A stretch of 64,000 nucleotides of DNA from an uncultured Gemmatimonadaceae bacterium. Lineage in GTDB: Bacteria > Gemmatimonadota > Gemmatimonadetes > Gemmatimonadales > Gemmatimonadaceae. The stretch covers positions 210,200 through 274,199 of the forward strand of contig CAWFQK010000003.1 in NCBI GenBank assembly GCA_963817955.1, in the 5' to 3' direction. Position numbers and translations under genes: made by a program. The stretch's first letter is position 1. Each line of letters opens with the position of its first letter. The notes beneath the pieces are model-generated. The model was not told the DNA's origin. It saw only the letters and a program-made list of their open reading frames with translations, and did no database searches. Positions 1 to 9,329 of this stretch are shown here, piece by piece.

Positions 1-516
1 CTGCTTGGCTACTACGCTGGCCCGCCGGCGCGCGACCCGGACTATCAGGCGTTGCGTGTCGCGACCGCCGTGCTCTCCGGACGCTTCTTCACCGAAATCC
101 GATCGCGCCGCAATCTGTCGTACGAAGTGGAAGCACCGTTCGTCGAGCGCGCCGTGGCGAACGGCGGCGTATACGTGACCACGACCGATCCGAACACGAC
201 GTTGCAGATCATGCGCGCCGAGATCACCCGTCTGCAAGAGGAGTTGATCGACCGCCGCGGCCTTGACCGGCTCATTGGCCAGTTCATTACTGATTACTTC
301 TTGAAGAACGAAACGAACGGCGACCAGGCCACGTTTCTGGCGCGCGCGCAGATCTACCAGGGAGATTATCGCGGCGCCAATCGTTTCGTGCAGGATCTGC
401 GTCGCGTGAGCCCCGAAGATGTTCGCCGCGTGGCCCGACAGTACATGCGCGATTTTCGTTTCGTGTACATCGGGAATCCCGCGTCACTGTCGCGCGCGCT
501 GCTCGCGACGTTTTAA
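1..516 (+). CDS. M16 (pitrilysin/insulinase) family peptidase, C-terminal part (5' truncated by window edge)
   Basis: Frame is open from base 1 (LLGYYAGPPARDPDYQALRVATAVLSGRFFTEIRSRRNLSY); the R-x-F-x-E-I-R...L-S-Y motif and C-terminal VSPEDVRRVARQY are typical of Peptidase_M16_C. Confidence 0.8.
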   Translation: MLGYYAGPPARDPDYQALRVATAVLSGRFFTEIRSRRNLSYEVEAPFVERAVANGGVYVTTTDPNTTLQIMRAEITRLQEELIDRRGLDRLIGQFITDYFLKNETNGDQATFLARAQIYQGDYRGANRFVQDLRRVSPEDVRRVARQYMRDFRFVYIGNPASLSRALLATF

Positions 517-528
517 TCAAGGCAAACG

Positions 529-1242
529 CTAGCCGCCGAACTCCTGGGCTATAGATCGCGGGTCGAGCAGGCCTGAGTACAACTCCGCACCGAGCAATAC
601 GGCCGAGATGCCGCGGTGCTCCAAGGCGCGCAGGTCGCTGACGGACGTTACCCCGCCGGCGGCGATCACCGGGAACGCGCAGGCATCCGCTATGTCTTCA
701 AGTAGCGTGAGATCGGCGTTGCTCCAGTTGCCGTCGCCGTGGGCCGCGGAAATCAGTAGCCCACCAAGAGGAAGTGAATTCAAGTCCTCGACGACATCGA
801 GGATATCGAGCGGCAGCGTGCGGACCCACCCGCGTGTCACCAGCCGCCGCTCGCGAACATCCGTTTTCAAAACGATGAGTCCTGGATACGACTCGGCCGC
901 ACCGGCCAACCACTCGGGCTCTTCAATTCCGCGGCCTCCAATGATGACCCGCGCGGCGCCGGCATCGAGGAGCCGTTCGATTTCGTCGTAAGACGCGATG
1001 CCGCCGCTCGCCTGTATCTCGAGCGTGCTATCGCGAATGATGTCTTCGACGATGCTCGCATTGGACCCGTTCCCGCTTGCCGCGTCGAGGTCAGTCACCT
1101 GGATCCGACGGAATCCGGTGGAGGCCCAACCTCTGGCGACGCCAACCGGGTCGCCGCCGACAGGCCCAGTGTCACCATTGGCGGAAAACGGTGCACACAC
1201 GCCGTCACGGATGTCGATCGTAGGAATGGCTATCATGCTCAT
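529..1242 (-). CDS. HisA/HisF-related TIM-barrel protein (divergent HisA paralog)
   Basis: IPTIDIRDG, DLDAA, ASGGI, GAARVIIG, VIAAGGV motifs follow the HisA pattern; several conserved positions are altered. Confidence 0.8.
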   Translation of the reverse strand: MSMIAIPTIDIRDGVCAPFSANGDTGPVGGDPVGVARGWASTGFRRIQVTDLDAASGNGSNASIVEDIIRDSTLEIQASGGIASYDEIERLLDAGAARVIIGGRGIEEPEWLAGAAESYPGLIVLKTDVRERRLVTRGWVRTLPLDILDVVEDLNSLPLGGLLISAAHGDGNWSNADLTLLEDIADACAFPVIAAGGVTSVSDLRALEHRGISAVLLGAELYSGLLDPRSIAQEFGG

Positions 1243-1413
1243 GCAGCATACACGGCTGACATAGGTAGGATGTTGACGGTCCAGCGGCCCGAGCTTTGCA
1301 CGCAGTTGACTCGTTTGCGTTGGGGATAGGATGTGATACTTTCACAGCCTCCGCGACTTCGCGGCGAGCGACTCTAAACGATCTCAGCTAGGCACTACTG
1401 GAGGCACTAAGAA

Positions 1414-1911
1414 ATGCGGTTCAACGGACTTGCGCTCTTGGCGGGCGCGGCTGTTCTCGGTGCGTGCGGCGGCGGCGAAAAGAAGGCGTCGGACACGACC
1501 AGCAGCACTCCTGCGGCTGGTGCACCGGCAACACCGGCTCCGGCCGGGAGTGCGGTTGCGGCAATGCCAGCGACTGGCGATACGGTGCAGGTCAAGATGA
1601 TCGGCGACGACAAAGGCTATCGGTTTGATCCCGCCAATATCACGATAAAGAGCGGTCAGGCGATCAAGTTCATCATGGTCAGCGGCGGCCCGCACAACGT
1701 AGCGTTCGATCCGGCTACCGTTCCGGCCACCTCGAAAGATCAGCTCAACGCCAACATGGTTGGCCAGATCTCCGAGCTCTCGAGCCCCATGCTCATGAAC
1801 CCGAATGAGTCATACACGATCTCATTTGCCGGCGTGAAGCCCGGGGTGTACCCATTCCACTGCACACCGCACCTCGCGATGGGCATGAAGGGCACGATTA
1901 CGGTCCAGTAA
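1414..1911 (+). CDS. Plastocyanin/azurin-family blue copper lipoprotein
   Basis: Lipobox LGAC, Pro/Ala linker, type-1 Cu ligands PHNV...CTPHLAMGM; RBS GGAGG upstream. Confidence 0.92.
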   Translation: MRFNGLALLAGAAVLGACGGGEKKASDTTSSTPAAGAPATPAPAGSAVAAMPATGDTVQVKMIGDDKGYRFDPANITIKSGQAIKFIMVSGGPHNVAFDPATVPATSKDQLNANMVGQISELSSPMLMNPNESYTISFAGVKPGVYPFHCTPHLAMGMKGTITVQ

Positions 1912-1934
1912 GCGCTACAGGCGTATTGTGTTGG

Positions 1935-1965
1935 AAGAGCGGAGTCCTTCGGGCTCCGCTCTTTT
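1935..1965 (+). terminator. Rho-independent terminator
   Basis: AAGAGCGGAGTC-CTTCGG-GCTCCGCTCTTTT hairpin with T tract after the cupredoxin gene. Confidence 0.85.
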
Positions 1966-2083
1966 GCGGAGCAGGATCAACAATGCGACATCCTCCTTGC
2001 GTGGTGGCCCATTGCCTGCCACGGTACGGACGGGGGTCGCGTCACGCTTGCGCCGCATGCCCCGTGGGTGAGAGTATCGCAGC

Positions 2084-3814
2084 ATGGCACCAATGACCGG
2101 CGACGTTCCTCGAGCGATCGCACGCCCCGCGTGGCTCACGGCGCGTGCTCGCAATGCGGTGAATCGACCAATATTCATTGCCGCTGTGGGCGGCGGTGCG
2201 TTCATCGCTGTGCTCATCGCGCTGCTCTTCGCCCCGCAGCAGGTCAGGCGCATCGCACACGCGCCGTCGCTCCCCGTCGAGGCACGGCCGGATACCGCTC
2301 CGCTCATTGCGGCACTTGCGCACGCGCGCACTCGTTTTGGGGCCGCGGAGGGCTCACTCTCGGCAGCGCGGTCCCATGCCGCGGAGGAACCGGCGCAGGT
2401 GGTGGACACGATAAGCCCGCGGCTCATTGCTCTGCGGGATACGCTTTCCGGCGCGGTCAACGATCTCGATGCGCTACTGACTCGAGTCGAAACCGCGCCG
2501 CTCACCGCGTCGTACCGCGCCCTCGCTGAATCCCCGCAGCTTACGTCGAACCCGCGGGTCAAGGCACTTCTCGACTCGCTGGCCGACATCGAGCGCGACC
2601 GTGACTCGTTCGGGACCACGGGCGCCGCCGACCCCGTGTACGTAGCGCTCACTGCGCGCGCCATGGAGATCGGGCGCGCCATCCAAGCCATTGCCCAGAC
2701 GAAGCGTGACGCCCTGCGACTGGAAATATCAAAGCTGAACGCACCAGCCGTACGCCAGGCTGAGGTTCAAGCGCCCTCTGCCGACACGACCGCCTGGATA
2801 GCAGAGCGCGACTCGGCGCAGTCGATGCTGCTGCAGGCAAATACCGCGCTTGCCGATGCCCGGATGAAGGCGACGGAATACGATGTGGAAGTAGCGCACG
2901 CGACGGAGGCAGCGAAATTCAATGCCCCGCCCGTGGCGCTGCTCGGAGCTGCGCTGGTGTTCGGTATCGCACTCGGGTTCGGCGTTGCCTTCTTTGGCGA
3001 GATGCAACACCCGCGGGTGCGCGACGAGCACGAAACAGAGCGATTGACCGGAGCGCGCGTGCTGGCGACGATTATACCTCGCCCGCCGAGGCCGGACCGG
3101 CAACGCCGGGCGGCCGACAAACAGGCACCGCCTCACTTCGATCCTGGCGCCGACGGATATCAGCTCACGTATCTCCACGTGGCGCGGGCCGGCGCCAGTC
3201 GGCTGATGCTGACAATTGCCAGCGAACACACGGAAATTGCAGCGGTCATTGCGACGAACGTCGCGGCGATTGCTGCTGATGAAGCCCGCAGCACCATCCT
3301 CATCGACACCGATGAACGGAACTCGCCGGTTGCGGCCGCGCTGCGGATACACGCCGAACCCGGCGTGGCGGACGTCATTGATTCCAAACTGGACTGGGCG
3401 GAGGTCACCACCCAAGTAATGGTGGGGCGGGATCGGGTGATAGACGTGCTTCCTAGCGGCACGTCGAGCGGCGTGCGTAACCCGAGGCAAATTCTCGACC
3501 TGTTCCGGCAGGAGGGGCCTCGCCTGGCGCGCCACTACGAAGCGATCATCCTGGTTGCCGCGATGGAACAGACCAAAGCTGGGCTGCCCGGAGTGCTGCC
3601 GATTCCCGACACGATCCTCTGCGCGCGAATTGGTCATACCAAGATCGCCGACCTACGTAACGCCCTTTCTGCGGTGCGGGAGTCAGGAGGACACCCCGTA
3701 GGGGTGGTCTTGTGGGATGCGCCGCCTCCGTCACTTCCGTCGCCGGAGCGGATTGCCAGGGCGCCCCGGACGCTGCGCACCGATGAGATGAAGGCGCTCA
3801 GCCGCACCTCCTGA
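2084..3814 (+). CDS. Wzz/Wzc-like polysaccharide co-polymerase with degenerate BY-kinase domain
   Basis: Two TM helices flanking a coiled coil, then a CpsD/CapB-like P-loop domain (ILIDTD retained, Walker A degenerate). Confidence 0.7.
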   Translation: MAPMTGDVPRAIARPAWLTARARNAVNRPIFIAAVGGGAFIAVLIALLFAPQQVRRIAHAPSLPVEARPDTAPLIAALAHARTRFGAAEGSLSAARSHAAEEPAQVVDTISPRLIALRDTLSGAVNDLDALLTRVETAPLTASYRALAESPQLTSNPRVKALLDSLADIERDRDSFGTTGAADPVYVALTARAMEIGRAIQAIAQTKRDALRLEISKLNAPAVRQAEVQAPSADTTAWIAERDSAQSMLLQANTALADARMKATEYDVEVAHATEAAKFNAPPVALLGAALVFGIALGFGVAFFGEMQHPRVRDEHETERLTGARVLATIIPRPPRPDRQRRAADKQAPPHFDPGADGYQLTYLHVARAGASRLMLTIASEHTEIAAVIATNVAAIAADEARSTILIDTDERNSPVAAALRIHAEPGVADVIDSKLDWAEVTTQVMVGRDRVIDVLPSGTSSGVRNPRQILDLFRQEGPRLARHYEAIILVAAMEQTKAGLPGVLPIPDTILCARIGHTKIADLRNALSAVRESGGHPVGVVLWDAPPPSLPSPERIARAPRTLRTDEMKALSRTS

Positions 3815-3881
3815 TCGGCCTTTCGCTCCTCGAGTACCGGATTGGGATGAACATTGGGCTCGATGCGGGTTACCTTGGGGC

Positions 3882-4376
3882 ATGGCCGAAGTTGCGCTCG
3901 ATCTTCGTCATCTGCCCAAGGACCGGTCGTACGCGCAGTTGCACGCGTACGTGCTGAACACGCTGGCGGGCATCGACGACGAGATTGCGGCAATGGCGAC
4001 GATGAGCGCAATGATTCATCATGCCTTCGGTCATCTCTGGACGGGATTCTATCGTGTCGTGGGCCCTGGCTTGCTGCGCGTGGGCCCGTACCAGGGAACG
4101 CTTGGCTGCCTCGAGATCGCCATCGGTCGCGGAGTGTGCGGCACGGCGGCTGCGGAGCGGCGGACGATGGTCGTGCCCGACGTGGACCAGTTTCCGGGCC
4201 ACATCGCTTGCGATGCACGGTCAAGGTCGGAAATCGTCGTGCCCGTGTTCGACAAGTCGGGGGCGCTCATTGCGGTTCTCGACGTCGATTCCGACCAGCG
4301 TGGAACCTTCGACGAAGAGGACGCACGCGCACTCGAGCGCATCGTGCGCTGGTTCGCCGGCGAAGGTCGCAGTTGA
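3882..4376 (+). CDS. msrC: GAF-domain free methionine-(R)-sulfoxide reductase
   Basis: WTGFY, GPYQG..C, GRGVCG, PGHIACD, SRSEIVVP, VLDVDS motifs of fRMsr/YebR. Confidence 0.85.
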   Translation: MAEVALDLRHLPKDRSYAQLHAYVLNTLAGIDDEIAAMATMSAMIHHAFGHLWTGFYRVVGPGLLRVGPYQGTLGCLEIAIGRGVCGTAAAERRTMVVPDVDQFPGHIACDARSRSEIVVPVFDKSGALIAVLDVDSDQRGTFDEEDARALERIVRWFAGEGRS

Positions 4377-4410
4377 CGCGAATGATCCGCACATATAGGG
4401 TGTTCTGCTC

Positions 4411-5037
4411 ATGACGATTACCGGATATTCGGACCGCATCAATCACGCACTGGCGTTCGCGGCCAAGCACCATGATCAGCAGGTGCGGAAAGGCACGCGC
4501 CTGCCGTACCTGACGCATCCGGCAAACGTTGCGATCATCCTCACACGCTATGGCCAGAGCGACGGAACCGTCGTCGCCGGCATCCTGCACGACGTGATCG
4601 AAGACTGCGTGCGTGAGGCCTACACGCAGGAGATGCTCGAACAGCGCATCGGAGACAAGTTCGGCGACGAGGTACTAGAAACGGTCCTTGCTGTCACGTA
4701 TCGCCTCATTGACGATGACGGCGTCGAGCTCTCGCATGACGACCGGCGAGATGACTATCTCGCGCGGCTCGCGCAGGCGAACGAATCCGCGCGTTGGGTG
4801 TGCGCGGCCGACAAGCTGCACAATGCCAGCACGATTGTCGCCGACCTGCGTCGCACCATCGAATCGAACAGCGTCTGGAGCCGCTTTACCGGAGGCAAGG
4901 ATGCGACCATTCGCTGGTATCGCCGCGTCTACGACCGCTTGAACGAGATCGGGTTCCACGGCGAGATCATGATCGAGCTCGAGAAGATCGTCGTCGCGCT
5001 CGAGGAGCATGAACCGGCGGAATCGGCGCGTTCCTGA
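4411..5037 (+). CDS. HD-domain protein, Mesh1/SpoT-hydrolase-like (small alarmone hydrolase family)
   Basis: AAKHHDQQVRKG..PYLTHP, LHDVIED, ADKLHN motifs of RSH hydrolase domains. Confidence 0.82.
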   Translation: MTITGYSDRINHALAFAAKHHDQQVRKGTRLPYLTHPANVAIILTRYGQSDGTVVAGILHDVIEDCVREAYTQEMLEQRIGDKFGDEVLETVLAVTYRLIDDDGVELSHDDRRDDYLARLAQANESARWVCAADKLHNASTIVADLRRTIESNSVWSRFTGGKDATIRWYRRVYDRLNEIGFHGEIMIELEKIVVALEEHEPAESARS

Positions 5038-5146
5038 CGTTCGCAGCACACAACGCTGGACTGGAAAGCCGAACCTGACCGGACCCGAGATAGTGGCGAG
5101 GGCCGGGAGTGGCTCCAGTACCCCACTTATATCGACATTGCTGGAT

Positions 5147-5176
5147 TATACTTGATATCGAGTATAGTCGACTATA
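5147..5176. promoter_or_regulatory. Overlapping palindromes (candidate operator) upstream of the AAA ATPase
   Basis: TATACTTGATATCGAGTATA (5147-5166, one mismatched pair) overlaps the perfect palindrome TATAGTCGACTATA (5163-5176), 11 bp before the ATG. Confidence 0.5.
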
Positions 5177-5187
5177 AGTAGCTCGGC

Positions 5188-6372
5188 ATGGATCCGATCA
5201 AGAACCCTTTCTCTCCGGGCGCCGGGGCTCCGCCGCCTGAGCTCGTTGGTCGAGACCCTGTACTCGAACTGACTCGAGTGCTGCTGGGGCGAGTACGACA
5301 ACGCCGACCAGAGAAGAGCGTGCTCCTGACGGGACTACGAGGCGTCGGCAAGACGGTTCTACTCAATGAAATCGAGCGGCAAGCAACCTCAGCGGGCTAT
5401 CGGACGATTTTCATTGAAGCCCACGAGGAAAAACCCCTCGGGCCGCTACTCGCACCCTACCTCCGCAGCACTTTATACGAGCTCGATCGTATGGCTGGGG
5501 TCGGCGACAAGGCGAGGCGGGCTCTCCGAGTGCTCCGCGGCTTTCTCGGCTCGCTCAAGATCACCTACGCCGATGTAGAGATCGGCTTGGACGTCGATCC
5601 CGAACAGGGAACTGCGGACAGCGGCGATCTCGAGATCGATCTGCCCAATTTGCTCGTCGCGGTCGGCGAGGCAGCGGAGGAACGAGGAATCGCGGTAGCC
5701 GTTCTCATCGACGAAGTTCAGTACTTCGCCGAGAAGGAGCTGGGTGCGCTGATCATGGCGATGCACAAGGTGCAACAGCGCCAGCTTCCCGTCGTTCTCC
5801 TCGGCGCTGGCCTTCCCATTCTTCCGGGCCTCGCTGGCGAGTCCAAGTCCTACGCCGAGCGGCTGTTCAGCTTCCCCGAGGTCGGCGCGTTACTAGAACA
5901 AGACGCCGCAAAGGCGCTGCGTGAGCCGGCTCAAAACGCCGGCGTCGTCTTCGAGCAAGATGCGCTCGACGAGACTTACCGGCTGACCAAAGGGTATCCG
6001 TATTTCCTGCAAGAGTGGGGTTATCAGTCCTGGAACCATGCGCCCACGAATCACATCACACTCGCCGTGGTGCGGGCCGCGACAACGAACGTCATCGAAC
6101 GGTTGGACCGAAACTTCTTTCGCGTTCGCTTCGACCGCCTCACACCAAGTGAGAAACGATTCCTCCGCGCGATGGCCGAGCTCGGTCCGGTCGCGCAGCG
6201 AACCGGCGACATCGCCGACGCTCTCGGCGTGAAGGTGACGAGCCTCGGCCCCGTTCGCGCAAAGCTGATCCGCAAGGGAATGGTGTACAGCCCAGGATAC
6301 GGCGAGATGGCCTTCACAGTTCCGTTATTCGACGAATTCATGCGTCGTGTGATGCCGACATTCGCGCGTTAA
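5188..6372 (+). CDS. AAA+ P-loop ATPase (AAA_16/archaeal-ATPase type) with C-terminal winged HTH
   Basis: NPFSPGAG..PP.LVGR, Walker A GLRGVGKT, Walker B LIDEVQ, GYPYFLQ, and a C-terminal wHTH-like segment. Confidence 0.85.
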   Translation: MDPIKNPFSPGAGAPPPELVGRDPVLELTRVLLGRVRQRRPEKSVLLTGLRGVGKTVLLNEIERQATSAGYRTIFIEAHEEKPLGPLLAPYLRSTLYELDRMAGVGDKARRALRVLRGFLGSLKITYADVEIGLDVDPEQGTADSGDLEIDLPNLLVAVGEAAEERGIAVAVLIDEVQYFAEKELGALIMAMHKVQQRQLPVVLLGAGLPILPGLAGESKSYAERLFSFPEVGALLEQDAAKALREPAQNAGVVFEQDALDETYRLTKGYPYFLQEWGYQSWNHAPTNHITLAVVRAATTNVIERLDRNFFRVRFDRLTPSEKRFLRAMAELGPVAQRTGDIADALGVKVTSLGPVRAKLIRKGMVYSPGYGEMAFTVPLFDEFMRRVMPTFAR

Positions 6373-6406
6373 GCAGGAGGCATCCGGCAAGGAAGGCTGG
6401 ACCGTT

Positions 6407-7651
6407 TCATCTCGCGTCAGCGGTTGCCGCCGTTCCATCCGATGCAAAATGCGATGCGACGTAGTCCTCCAGGATCTTTAAGAAATCCTGAACGATGGTG
6501 TCGCCCTTCAGTGTCGTGAACAGCGCGCCATCCACGTACACGGGCGCCTTCGGTTCCTCGAAGGTGCCGGGGAGCGAGATGCCGATGTTCGCGTGCTTGG
6601 ACTCGCCGGGCCCGTTCACCACGCAGCCCATCACCGCGACCTTCAACTCTTCCACCCCGGGCCGTTGCTCGCGCCACACCGGCATCTGTTCGCGGATATA
6701 GGTCTGGATATCTTCCGCCATGTGCTGGAAGAACGTGGAGGTCGTGCGGCCGCAACCGGGGCACGCCGTGACCTGTGGCGCGAAGCTCCGCAATTCGAGC
6801 GACTGCAGAATCTGTTGTGCCACGAGTACTTCCTCGGTGCGATCGCCGTTCGGTTTCGGGGTGAGGGAAACGCGAATCGTATCGCCGATGCCTTCGGCGA
6901 GCAGAATCGACAGGCCCGCCGTGCTCGCGACGATGCCCTTGGTCCCCATGCCGGCCTCAGTCAGCCCGAGGTGCAACGGGTAGTCGCAGCGCACCGCGAG
7001 ACGACGGTACACTTCGACCAGATCCTGCACTCCCGACACCTTCGCAGAAATGATGATGTACTCATGGGCAAGTCCCACCTCTTCGGCCATCTCTGCTGAG
7101 CGAAGTGCGCTGGCGAGCATCGCCTCGATATAGACATCCTTCGCGGTCCGCGGCGTCGTCGCGCTCGCGTTCGCATCCATCATCTCCGTGAGCAGTTCCT
7201 GGTCGAGCGAGCCCCAGTTCACGCCGATCCGCACGGGTTTGTCACTGTCGACGGCGATCTGTACGATCGTCCGGAAGTTCTCGTCACGCCGTTTGCCGCC
7301 GACGTTGCCAGGGTTGATGCGGTATTTCGCCAGCGCGCGCGCCGTGTCCGGGTACTTCGCGAGTAGCAGGTGCCCGTTGTAATGGAAGTCACCGACGATC
7401 GGCACGATGACTCCAGCGTCGATCACACGCTGCACCAGTTCGGGCACCGCCGCCGCCGCCTGCTCGTTGTTCACGGTCACGCGGACGAGCTGCGACCCAG
7501 CGCGCGCCAAGGCAACGACCTGGCGGGCGGTCGCGCTGGCGTCCGCGGTATCGGTGTTCGTCATGGACTGTACGACAACTGGCATGGCGGAGCCCACTGG
7601 AACACCGCCTACCCAGGTCGTGACCGTCTGTCGCCGCCTCTCAAATGCCAC
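6407..7651 (-). CDS. ispG: Flavodoxin-dependent (E)-4-hydroxy-3-methylbut-2-enyl-diphosphate synthase
   Basis: [49 protein letters not shown]...[12 protein letters not shown] start at 7651 chosen over the longer ORF start. Confidence 0.97.
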   Translation of the reverse strand: MAFERRRQTVTTWVGGVPVGSAMPVVVQSMTNTDTADASATARQVVALARAGSQLVRVTVNNEQAAAAVPELVQRVIDAGVIVPIVGDFHYNGHLLLAKYPDTARALAKYRINPGNVGGKRRDENFRTIVQIAVDSDKPVRIGVNWGSLDQELLTEMMDANASATTPRTAKDVYIEAMLASALRSAEMAEEVGLAHEYIIISAKVSGVQDLVEVYRRLAVRCDYPLHLGLTEAGMGTKGIVASTAGLSILLAEGIGDTIRVSLTPKPNGDRTEEVLVAQQILQSLELRSFAPQVTACPGCGRTTSTFFQHMAEDIQTYIREQMPVWREQRPGVEELKVAVMGCVVNGPGESKHANIGISLPGTFEEPKAPVYVDGALFTTLKGDTIVQDFLKILEDYVASHFASDGTAATADAR

Positions 7652-7873
7652 TGTCAGAATCCTCTGCTTCGGGGCCGCCGAAAGATAGTTGCCGTGCGGC
7701 GCCCTCTCACCTGGCTCGGCCGATTGTTCACAACGTGCTTGACCGAATTTTAATGGTTTGCTACCTTGGCGTCGCTGGAGGCGGGCCGCCGGGAGTGCCG
7801 GGAGCCGTTGGCGCCAGCGAGTATGGCCCCGCACAACATGGTGTTGTGGCGGCAGTTCTTTCAGGAGTCGGAC

Positions 7874-8089
7874 ATGCGTACGACTGGAAAGGTGAAGTGG
7901 TTCAACGACGCCAAGGGCTTTGGTTTCATCACGCCGGACGGCGGTGAAAAAGACTGCTTCGTCCACTACAGTTCCATCCAGGGAAACGGCTTCAAGACGC
8001 TCGCCGAAGGTGATCCGGTCGAGTTCGACCTTGTGCAGGGCCAGAAGGGGCCTGCGGCCGAGAACGTGAGCAAGGTCGCCGCGCAGTAA
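7874..8089 (+). CDS. Cold-shock protein (CspA family)
   Basis: [22 protein letters not shown] (RNP1/RNP2); RBS AGGAG. Confidence 0.97.
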   Translation: MRTTGKVKWFNDAKGFGFITPDGGEKDCFVHYSSIQGNGFKTLAEGDPVEFDLVQGQKGPAAENVSKVAAQ

Positions 8090-8114
8090 CCGCGCGTCGT
8101 TCTCGCTGCAGGAC

Positions 8115-8147
8115 AACGGGACGCCGGATGCCGGCGTCCCGTTTTTT
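8115..8147 (+). terminator. Rho-independent terminator
   Basis: AACGGGACGCCGG-ATG-CCGGCGTCCCGTT hairpin followed by T tract. Confidence 0.85.
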
Positions 8148-8188
8148 CGGCCACAAATGGCGGTACTCGCTCCCGATGGCGTCTCGCC

Positions 8189-8581
8189 TCATTCGCCATG
8201 TGGGACCGCGCCTGGCGGGCGTCCACGCCGGCGGGGGACGACCGACTCGACGGCTTCAGCGACGAGCGCGTCCACTGTTCGCTGGAATGAGTCTCGGTCG
8301 AGCTTGAGCTCCAGATCGGCGCCGAGCGTTACATGCGTAGCGTTTGTGGTCAGGAGTTGGCCGGCCAGTTGGACGGCCCGCTCTGTCGGGACGCCGAATT
8401 CCAGGCACAGCCGCCGGATGAGGGCGATGTGGTAGATGCCCGTCGAGGAAACCCTTCGCGCAACGCCCTGCTTCCCACCGTCAACACCCGGAATGTCGAA
8501 GTGGGACAGGAGGTTGTCGATCCACTTACGATCGACAGTCGCCGCGAAGCGTGCAATGTCAACGTGATAGTGTCGGGCCAT
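8189..8581 (-). CDS. Hypothetical protein, possible MerR-like DNA-binding protein with C-terminal AT-hook-like RRRGRPP
   Basis: 130-aa ORF between a terminator and an AT-rich promoter region; helix-turn-helix-like N-terminus with an RR wing. Confidence 0.6.
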   Translation of the reverse strand: MARHYHVDIARFAATVDRKWIDNLLSHFDIPGVDGGKQGVARRVSSTGIYHIALIRRLCLEFGVPTERAVQLAGQLLTTNATHVTLGADLELKLDRDSFQRTVDALVAEAVESVVPRRRGRPPGAVPHGE

Positions 8582-8659
8582 TATTTATCCTGAAATAGTA
8601 GGATAAATACTATCAGCCAGCAATAGAATAATATTACTTCACTGGAAGGATAATATCCT
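8582..8659. promoter_or_regulatory. AT-rich divergent promoter region with AGGAT(A)-core inverted repeats
   Basis: TATTTATCCT-N8-AGGATAAATA (8582-8609) and AGGAT-AAT-ATCCT (8647-8659). Confidence 0.5.
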
Positions 8660-8773
8660 ATCGGAACAGGGTCTGGGGGTTGGCCCTGCGAGGTCGCACC
8701 GGCCGTCGCAACGTATGTAGAGTCTGGCACGGAACTGGAAGCCGTTTAGCCGTCACTGCTCACAGGAGACACA

Positions 8774-9307
8774 ATGACTCGTCTGCTACGCTGCGGGGTT
8801 GTCCTCGCCCTGTTGGCCGCGGAACCGGTGGCCGTGCGCGCCCAGTCCCCGTCGAACAAGGTCACGCTGAACATTGCCGCCGGTCTGTCGCTGCCTACGG
8901 GATCGTTCTCCAATGGCAACGACGCAGGTTACAACCTGATCGTCGGCGCCGGTGTCATGCCGCCACTGTCGCAGCTTGGATTCCGCGTCGAGGGCATCTA
9001 CACGGAATTCAACGCGAAAGACTTCAACGAGAAGTCGCATGCTGGAGGGGTGACTGCCAACGTCGTATACGACCTCAACCCCGTGAACCCCCGCCAGCCG
9101 GGAAGCACGATCTATCTCATTGGCGGCGCCGGCTACTACAGCACACGCGACGTCTTCTTCGACAATGGGGGAAACCTCGGGTGGAATGTGGGGGGAGGAT
9201 TCCGCTTTCCGCTCAGTGGCTTTTCGGCGTACCTCGAGGCACGGTACCACGCTGTCACCAACACCGAGGTGAGGTTCGTCCCGATCAGCTTTGGGCTGGA
9301 ATTCTGA
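8774..9307 (+). CDS. Outer-membrane beta-barrel protein (OmpA/OMP_b-brl-like, probably 8-stranded)
   Basis: Signal peptide ending VRA-Q, alternating aromatic strands, C-terminal Phe (GLEF). Confidence 0.8.
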   Translation: MTRLLRCGVVLALLAAEPVAVRAQSPSNKVTLNIAAGLSLPTGSFSNGNDAGYNLIVGAGVMPPLSQLGFRVEGIYTEFNAKDFNEKSHAGGVTANVVYDLNPVNPRQPGSTIYLIGGAGYYSTRDVFFDNGGNLGWNVGGGFRFPLSGFSAYLEARYHAVTNTEVRFVPISFGLEF

Positions 9308-9329
9308 CGGGTTGCACCATTGCCGGAGG

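Noticed and set aside
6372..6406. SRP RNA-like GGAAG loop
   Set aside because: Only a short hairpin between convergent genes; the SRP domain IV consensus and long stem are missing.
7652..8116. N-terminal extension of the ispG ORF to 569 aa
   Set aside because: It is the antisense shadow of the csp gene; homology starts near 7651.
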